Origin: Octopus vulgaris
Lineage: Eukaryota
Reading direction: 5' to 3'
Assembly: GCA_951406725.2 (NCBI GenBank)
Contig: OX597818.1
Span: 53,072,001 to 53,136,000 of the forward strand
DNA: 64,000 bases
The notes under the pieces were generated by a model, which worked only from the letters and a program-made list of their open reading frames with translations, ran no database searches and had not been told where the DNA came from. A program made the position numbers and the translations under genes. Shown one piece after another: positions 56,050 to 64,000 of this stretch. Every line of letters begins with the position of its first letter. Position 1 is the first letter of the stretch.

Positions 56050-56138
56050 CACTACAATCGTTTCGGCTCATCGTGCACTCGTACCTTACAGGTGAGATGT
56101 TGTCAGACATTACAGGTGCAGATGCGTCTCCTCAAGTA
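56050..56138 (-). ncRNA. Decayed hammerhead motif with long stem II
   Basis: Minus strand: TAC-TTGAGGA-...CATC-TGCAC...GTGCA-C-GATG..-GAAA-CGATTG-TA-GTG. Confidence 0.5.
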
Positions 56139-56653
56139 AATACTACTGTTGACATCAGATAGCCAAATACCTTGGACAGGCTTTAAACAGCATACTACAA
56201 GATATCGACCCAAATATAAAATTATGACTATATATGTATGTGTATGTATATATGTAGTATGTATTTATGTCTACATGTTTGACTAAGTTCTTAAAGGGAT
56301 TAGTCGAACGTGCTCCAGTATAGCCACAGTCCGATATAAGAGAAACAAGCAACAAAAATAAATAAATATGTAAAGGAATAAATTTGTAAGTTTTATTGAA
56401 TTTTTTACATGAAATGAGAGGTCATGTTTTGTCACACGTATATTTCAAATTTAGGTCAGTTGATATTTAAAATATTATGTATAACACAATAGCCAGTAGA
56501 AATCTTATGTTTCATATAAAATCTGGAGTTTATGATTGATATCAGAAATCAACGAATACGCCCAGAACTGTGAATAAATAACAAAAAAGCGATCATAATG
56601 TCAACAATATTACCCTACAAAAGCAAAATGCATTGCGATATTTTGTATAGTTA

Positions 56654-57235
56654 AAGGCGGCGAACTGGCAGAAACACTAGCACGCCGGGCGAAATACTTA
56701 GCGATATTTCGTCTGCCGTTACGTTCAGAGTTCAAGTTCTGCCGAGGTCGACTTTGCCTTTCATCCTTTCGAGGTCGATAAATTAAGTACCAGTTACGTA
56801 CTGATGTCGATGTAATCGACTTAATCCGTGTGTCTGTCCTTGTTTGTTCTGTCTGTGTTTAGCCCCTTGTGGATAATATAGAAATAGGTATTTCGTCTGT
56901 AGCTATGTTCTGAGTTCAAATTCCACCGACGTCGACTTTGCCTTCCATCGTTTCGGGTTCGATTCAATAAGTACCAGTTAAGCACTGGGGTCGATGTAAC
57001 CGACTTAATCCGTTTGTCTGTCCTTGCTTGTCCTCTCTGTGTTTAGCCCCTTGTGGGTAGTAAAGAAATATGTATTTCGTCTGTCTTTACGTTCTGAGTT
57101 CAAATTCCGCCGACGTCGACTTTTCCTTTCATTCTTTCGGGGTCGATTAAATTAAGTACCCGTTGCGTATTGGTGTCGATCTAATCGACTGACTACCTCC
57201 CCCAAAATTTCGGGCCTGGTGACTAGAGTAAAAAA
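56654..57235 (+). mobile_element. SINE family B trimer
   Basis: Head, two units with Tx1-like tail, last unit with alternative tail. Confidence 0.88.
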
Positions 57236-57584
57236 CTTTTTGTCCATAGTTCTTCAACATTCAGGACTTCAAAACCTCCTGGATTGACTTTCTACATTTG
57301 ATATCTCTCTCGGTCTCTCTCGTTCTCTGACTCTCTGTTTCATCCTTACACTGGCCGCCGATCTATCTCTCTGTCGGTCACTCTCTCGCTCTCTTTCTCT
57401 GTCTCGTTACTGCTGTTGTTGAGTTTAGAGCCCCACGAAGATTATCATCACCAATACTGCCAGTGCTGTGATTAAGCTCCATCTGTACGAGGAATATCCA
57501 AGGCAAGGAGTCCAAACAAACACCACGGTGAAACGTAGGTAGAGACTGAATGATGTAAACTTCTATCTTTCTGTCTCTCCCTCC

Positions 57585-57619
<35 letters not shown>

Positions 57620-57794
57620 ACACACATTTATATATATATATATATATACACATACATATGCACGCGCCCGCGTGCACAGACACTCGCATACATACATTGC
57701 CTGGTGTACCCTTATCAGATGGGTAGTCATGTTGGGTATACTGGGCTTCGTATATTTTACTCCAGTGTCACTTTGATGGCATCCATTGGTCTAT

Positions 57795-57814
57795 CACATA
57801 CATACATACATACA

Positions 57815-57850
<36 letters not shown>

Positions 57851-58285
57851 TACATACATACACACATGCATGCATACATATATACACACACACATACATA
57901 CATACATAAATACATACATACATACATATATATACATACATACACACTTACACACATACATACATACAAAAACATACATACATACATACATACATAATAC
58001 ATACATACATATACATACACACATGCATACATACACACATACATATACATACATACATACATACATACTTACATACATACATACATACATACTTACATAC
58101 ATACATACATACATACATACTTACATACATACATACAAACATACATACATACATACAAACATACAAACATACATACATACATACATACATACATACATAC
58201 ATACATAAATACATACATACATACATACATACATACATACATACATACATACATACATACATACATACATACATACACACATACA

Positions 58286-58317
<32 letters not shown>

Positions 58318-58473
58318 CATACATACATACATACATACATACATACATACATACATACATACATACATACATACATACATACATACATACATACATACAT
58401 ACATACACACATACATACATACATACATACATACATACATACATACATACATACATACATACATACATACACA

Positions 58474-58507
<34 letters not shown>

Positions 58508-58738
58508 CATACATACATACATACATACATACATACATACATACATACACACATACATACATACATACATACATACATACACACATACATACATACATAC
58601 ATACATACATACATACATACATACATACATACATACATACATACATACATGCATTCATACATGCATACGTACATACATACACACATACATACATACATAC
58701 ATACATACATACATACATACATACATACATACATACAT
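57795..58738. repeat. (CATA)n microsatellite, ~940 bp
   Basis: Direct reading. Confidence 0.97.
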
Positions 58739-59122
58739 GTTGCCAGGTTTTCCCTCATTCTCTGCTTCTAAATTTGATATTTCCTCTCATGTACAGCTAT
58801 TGTTTATTCAATTTTCATTCTGATGTAATAAAACTGAAAATATTCTACGCTAAGATTCAGAACGTAGCTTCAAGCGATTGTCTTACTGAATTGTGTATGA
58901 AATATGATATGACACACAAAACAGAAAGTATTTCAATATACAGCTTCCTTGGTTATTGCACTCTTGTCGGTAAACATCAAAGCATTTTTTGCAGTCTGAT
59001 TTAGTTCGTTTATGCCAAGTTTTGTACTGAACTGTAATCCTGGTACTAACATCTGATATTACGTGGAACGGTAAAATTAATAACTCTGAGCTCCTTTTCT
59101 TTTCTGTATAATCTGTCGTAGA

Positions 59123-59740
59123 AGGCGCAGGAGTGGCTGTATGGTAAGTAGCTTGCTAACCAACCACATGGTTCCGGGTTCAGTCCCACTGCGTGGCATC
59201 TTGGGCAAGTGTCTTCTGCTATAGCCCCGGGCCGACCAATGCCTTGTGATTGGCTGTGTGGTAAGTAGCTTGCTAACCAACCACATGGTTCCGGGTTCAG
59301 TCCCACTGCGTGGCATCTTGGGCAAGTGTCTTCTGCTTTAGCCCCGGGCCGACCAATGCCTTGTGATTGGCTGTGTGGTAAGTAGCTTGCTAACCAACCA
59401 CATGGTTCCGGGTTCAGTCCCACTGCGTGGCATCTTGGGCAAGTGTCTTCTGCTATAGCCTCGGGCCGGCCGACCAATGCCTTGTGAGTGGATTTGGTAG
59501 ACGGAAACTGAAAGAAGCCTGTCGTATATATGTATATATATGTATATAAGTGTATGTGTGTGTGTGTGTTTGTCCCCCTATCATTGCTTGACAACCGATG
59601 CTGGTGTGTTTACGTCCCCGTCATTTAGCGGTTCGGCAAAACAGACCGATAGAATAAGTACTGGGCTTACAAAGAATAAGTCCTGGGGGTCGATTTGCTC
59701 GACTAAAGGCGGTGCTCCAGAAGAGAGTAAAGAGAGAAAG
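59123..59740 (+). mobile_element. SINE family A with triplicated 117-bp head
   Basis: Units start at 59134, 59251 and 59368. Confidence 0.9.
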
Positions 59741-59946
59741 TCCCCTCTGTACGTGCAGAGGTAATCTAGCTAATAGACACACCCATCCTATGATGTCAAT
59801 TCTTTGAGCATTCCTATTAAACTGCCAACAATTTTGATTGGCTGATTGCATACCGGCCCACTTCCATATTTGAATCAGAGGTAATTTCTTTGCTTTGATT
59901 TCATATGCTGTAATGACTTCAACGTAACAGCATGTAATTAATTACC

Positions 59947-60331
59947 GTGGAGGCGCAATGGCCCAGTGGTTAGAGCAGTGGACTCGCGGTCATAGGATCG
60001 TGGTTTCGATTCCCAGACCGGGCGTTGTGAGCGTTTATTGAGCGAAAACACCTAAAGCTCCACGAGGCTCCGGCAAGGGATGGTGGTGATCCCTGCTGTA
60101 CTCTTTCACCACAACTTTCTCTCACTCTTATTTCCTGTTTCTGTTGTACCTGTATTTTCAAAGGGCCGGCCTTGTCACTCTCTGTGTCACGTTGAATATC
60201 CCCGAGAACTACGTTAATGATACACGTGTCTGTGGAGTGCTCAGCCACTTACACGTTAATTTCACGAGCAGGCTGTTCCGTTGATTCGGATCAACCGGAA
60301 CCCTCGTCGTCGTAACCGACGGAGAGCTTCC
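59947..60331 (+). mobile_element. SINE family C, full length
   Basis: Near-identical to the 62121 copy; TSD AATTAATTACC/AATTAGTTACC. Confidence 0.9.
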
Positions 60332-60567
60332 AATTAGTTACCTGTTTTAATTATAATATAACCAGAAGATTTGCAAAATGATATGTAACGTAATCTTATA
60401 GACACCTATTTGTATATTACGTCACAATAAAATCTCTTAATGACACATTTGTATATATACCGTTAAATCCATTCGTTTCTTTTAATTGTTGTATTATGTA
60501 CAAGGCGACGAGCTGGTGCGCTGGGGAAAAATGATCAGCAGCCATCTTTGTTCTGAGTTCAAATTCT

Positions 60568-61177
60568 GGATCATTTCGGTTTGAACGGCAGTTTTTTCTA
60601 GCGGTGTCATATGAAATTGTCGCCCATAATTATGACCCTAGAATCGATCTATTCCATTTCAATCTCTTTTAGGGTTGGGGTGGGGGAAAGGTATCCTTTT
60701 TTCTTCACAAATGTAAATAAACACAATCTGTTTCTTAAACGAGGGACATATTCATACGGCACAGAATGCTTTTTAACTCAATAGACGTCACTGATTGGTT
60801 CAAATTACAGAAATTGAAGAAAAAACAACAAATATCTTACAAACTATAGAATTTTCTCAATAAAGCCAAGAGTAAAAGATGTTTTAAGGGTATATTTTTT
60901 TCATCACAAATGTAAATAAACCCAATCTGTTTCTTAAACGAGGGACATATTCATACGGCACAGAATGGTTTTTAACTCAATAGACGTCATTGATTGATTG
61001 AAATTACAGAAATTGAAGAAAAAAACAACAACAAATATCTTACAAACTATAGAATTTTCTCAATAAAGCCAAGAGAAAAAGATATTTTATAAACACATTC
61101 TACCAGTATGCGAAGTTTAAATTTTTTTAGTTACCTAGAAATTATGTTAAAAACTGCCGTTCAAACCGAAAAGATCC
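60568..61177. mobile_element. MITE with GGATC(T)TTTCGGTTTGAACGGCAGTTTTT TIRs, inserted in a SINE
   Basis: ~28-bp TIRs; flanks CAAATTCT/CAAATTCC (8-bp TSD with one mismatch, or 6-bp AAATTC); internal ~200-bp tandem duplication; partial end copy at 5323-5437. Confidence 0.8.
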
Positions 61178-61624
61178 CAAATTCCGCTTAGGTTGACGGC
61201 GTGATTGATGTTTCTTATTTCTTTATTGCCCACAAGTGGCTAAACATAGAGGGGTCGATAAATTAAGTACCAGTTACGCACTGGGTGTCGATGTAATCGA
61301 CTTAATCCCTTCGTCTGTCCTTGCTTTGCCCCCTCTATGTTTAGCCCCTTGTGGGTAATAAAAAAATAAGAAACGTTATGTTCTGTGTTCAAATTCCGCT
61401 GAGGTCAATTTTGCCTTTCATCCTTCCGGGGTCGATAAATTAAGTGCCAGTTGAGTACTGGGCTCGATCTAATCGTCTGGCCCCCTCCCCCAAAAATTTC
61501 GCGCTGTTTGCCTAAAGTAGAAAATATTATTTGCAGTTACAGTTGTGATCTGTGTAAGATTTGATTGAAGTTTCTAGCAAGTTTTGTGATTGTATAATCA
61601 CTCGCTTTAAGTTGTGTGACATTC

Positions 61625-61847
61625 TATTAAAAGTGCAACACCCCGCTGCACGCACAGCAGTCAGCAGGTTCATTAATCACAATCTGGAATACTCATTCAT
61701 CAAAACAAGCACGTAAGCCATACGTACTACAAGTTATTTCGTTTCTGTGTTTCTTTTCTTACACTTTTCAAGCATTTTCTTTCTTACTTCTTACTGCTAT
61801 AAGTAAAAAAATCCAATGTGTTCGTTCGTCTCTCTCTTTGATTATAG
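61625..61847 (+). promoter_or_regulatory. Possible TATA-like box, short non-coding exon and first intron of the P450 gene
   Basis: TATTAAAA at 61625-32, TCAG/TCATT initiator-like bases ~30-40 nt downstream, donor-like GTAAGC at 61713, pyrimidine tracts before AG 61846-47. Motif inference only. Confidence 0.3.
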
Positions 61848-61854
61848 GGCAAAC

Positions 61855-62068
61855 ATGTCGGTGATGAAGTCATCTCGTCAGTTATGGAACCCTTTAAGAC
61901 GATGTAATAAAGACAATACCAGAGAGGTGTCCACAGTTTTAACAGAAAGAAAACAACCAAATTTGTGCCCTTTAGTAAAAGATAATACAAAACCGAAACA
62001 GTTCGAAGATGTACCAGGTCCACGAAATTTACCTGTCATTGGCACGTTGTGGCAATATTTACCTGGAG
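61855..62068 (+). CDS. First coding exon of a mitochondrial-clan cytochrome P450 (CYP49/CYP12/CYP302-like N-terminus); gene continues beyond the window
   Basis: MSVMKSSRQLWNPLRR...KPKQFEDVPGPRNLPVIGTLWQYLPG: basic Ser/Arg-rich presequence, then the KPF.DVPGP..LP..GT proline-rich hinge of mito-clan P450s. Acceptor ctctctttgattatAG at 61846-47, ATG 61855, donor G|GTAGGT at 62069 (71 codons + 1 nt, phase 1). Confidence 0.85.
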
Positions 62069-62120
62069 GTAGGTGGAAATCGTATCATTATTTTCATTTT
62101 CATTACAGTATTTCAAGTAG

Positions 62121-62509
62121 TGTGGAGGCGCAATGGCCCAGTGGTTAGGGCAGCGGACTCGCGGTCATAGGATAGCGGTTTCGATTCCAAGACCGGGCGT
62201 TCTGAGTGTTTATTGAGAGAAAACACCTAAAGCTCCGCGAGGCTCCGGCAGGGGATGGTGGTGATCCCTGCTGTACTCTTTCACCACAACTTTCTCTCAC
62301 TCTTACTTCCTGTTTCTGTTGTACCTGTATTTCAAAGGGCCGGCCTTGTCACTCTCTGTGTCACGCTGAATATCCCCGAGAATTACGTTAAGGGTACACG
62401 TGTCTGTGGAGTGCTCAGCCACTTACACGTTAATTTCATGAGCAGGCTGTTCCGTTGATTCGGATCAACCGGAACCCTCATCGTCGTAACCGATGGAGTG
62501 CTTCCATCC
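62121..62509 (+). mobile_element. tRNA-derived SINE family C, full length, in P450 intron
   Basis: Head GTGGAGGCGCAATGGCCCAGTGG..GTTTCGATTCC (A/B boxes); exact 16-bp TSD ACAGTATTTCAAGTAG. Confidence 0.9.
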
Positions 62510-62835
62510 ACAGTATTTCAAGTAGCAGGATCGAGGTCTCATGACAAAATACCTTGCATATTTAGTGGGTTTTTCCGTTCTGAGTTCAAATCGCACCGTA
62601 GCAGGTTTTCACTTTATCTTTCGACGCCGATAAAATATGTGTACAGACGGAACAGTCTATTATATTTAAGTTCGGTGGTATGATATAATCGACTGTTCCA
62701 TCCGTATTCGTTTTGCGTCAGTTAGAAATCATAATTTCACTCGAATACAATGTTATATTGTAGTTCAAAATGAACTCGTTTTCGTTATTTTACCCAGCTG
62801 GTGCCTGCTTGCCTCGACCTCGACCTCCACCTCCT

Positions 62836-62885
<50 letters not shown>

Positions 62886-63131
62886 TTTTCTCCCCTCCCT
62901 CTCTCTCGGTTTTACTCCTATTTTCTTAACCTAGTGCAGTTTTTTTTATCGTATTACGTTATTACTCTTTTATAAGGACATAAAATTAATACGTCACTCT
63001 TATGAGAAATAAAAAAAAACAAGCCACATAAAATAATTGTAATAAAATTATAATCAGGCGGGTGTGAAAAAATTCGGTGCAACCTATTTTTTTAGTGAAA
63101 CTTTTACACGTATACAAGAATGTTTTACTTC

Positions 63132-63189
<58 letters not shown>

Positions 63190-63204
63190 AATTTCTTTGG
63201 ATTA

Positions 63205-63240
63205 GCGACTGGAGTTTCAGGTTACCTCGATCGTCAGGTA
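63205..63240 (-). ncRNA. Decayed hammerhead motif in P450 intron
   Basis: Minus strand: CTGACGA-TCG-AGG-TAA-CCT-GAAA-CTCCAG-TC; weak stem I. Confidence 0.5.
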
Positions 63241-64000
63241 AGAACTGTTTTACTTTCAACATGTACACATATTTTTTATCAATTTGGTTGGATGGTCATT
63301 GTTTCATTGGTCATCTTCTAATATCATACGTTATTTTTAAAGTTGTTAGAATGTGGCTTTTGGGGTAGGTTGATAACCGATGTTATTTGCCTTCTAGTGT
63401 GCTGAATAGTGTTTTTTTCCCCATGATATTTGGCTCTTCGTTGTCTGAGTTAAGCTTTCATGCCATGATAACCACTATATTCTAACGAAGCAAGAAATAG
63501 CCTAAACAAATCAATTTACGATCACTCAATATGTAAAACAACTGAACTACAGCGAAATAAATAAGGAAAACTGCCTTTAAGGTTACAACCGTTTAATCAT
63601 AAATAAAAATAGGGACGGAGCTGATTTCAGAAATACAATGCTTGACGAAAATAAAATAAATAAAACAGATATAAAACCAATGAACCAGAACCAGAAATGA
63701 GGGTATCAAAGTTCGCCAATTCACAAATCAAAATGATTACATTGGGCGCATGCGTACGATAATTTCACATTCGCTGATTATGCCTTTAAAATGAGGGACC
63801 ATTGAAAAACATTACAATAGAGTAACACGATAAAAGGTTATAGCTTTTCGAACACTGATGGTCTTGAGTCTCTTATAATCTGCACTAATTTACTAGCAGG
63901 AGCTTCAACTTCCTGCGACTGCCACACTGGTACCTTGCACAAATTAGTATCTTGTACATTACAGTACTAATAAACATGTATCATTTGTACTATATATTTT

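Noticed and set aside
59046-59594. Recurrent ORFs such as MLGGQTQTHK / RRHLPKMPRSGTEPGTMW
   Set aside because: Antisense translations of SINE family A; frames vary between copies.
62526-64000. Second P450 coding exon
   Set aside because: No P450-like frame with suitable splice sites seen; it probably lies beyond the window.

Overview
AT-rich, extremely microsatellite- and transposon-dense metazoan DNA. The SINE repertoire and (TA)n/(CA)n/(CATA)n/(GATA)n load are most consistent with an octopus (cephalopod) genome; this is an inference and no database was used. Nearly all ORFs in the track are microsatellite or SINE artefacts. The only convincing host gene is the first coding exon of a mitochondrial-clan cytochrome P450 (61855-62068, +). 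Repeats include three tRNA-derived SINE families, LINE 3' fragments (Tx1/L1-like in (GATA)n, R4/Dong-like in (TAA)n, CR1/L2-like, RTE), two decayed Penelope-like (GIY-YIG) remnants, two non-autonomous Helitrons, hAT-like and GG-terminal MITEs, a mariner-derived fold-back element and a tRNA-Lys pseudogene. The strongest hidden signal is roughly 18 minimal type-I hammerhead-ribozyme motifs (CUGANGA...GAAA-palindrome-UH) of many unrelated sequence types. Most sit one per 200-600 bp cassette inside (TA)n tracts, they include recurrent non-canonical cores (CUGUNGA; U3-A8), and they are associated with fold-back structures. This looks like a microsatellite-targeting, Penelope-derived, retrozyme-like system. 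Two SINE-LINE tail partnerships are also directly visible. Coordinates were read by eye and may be off by a few bases.
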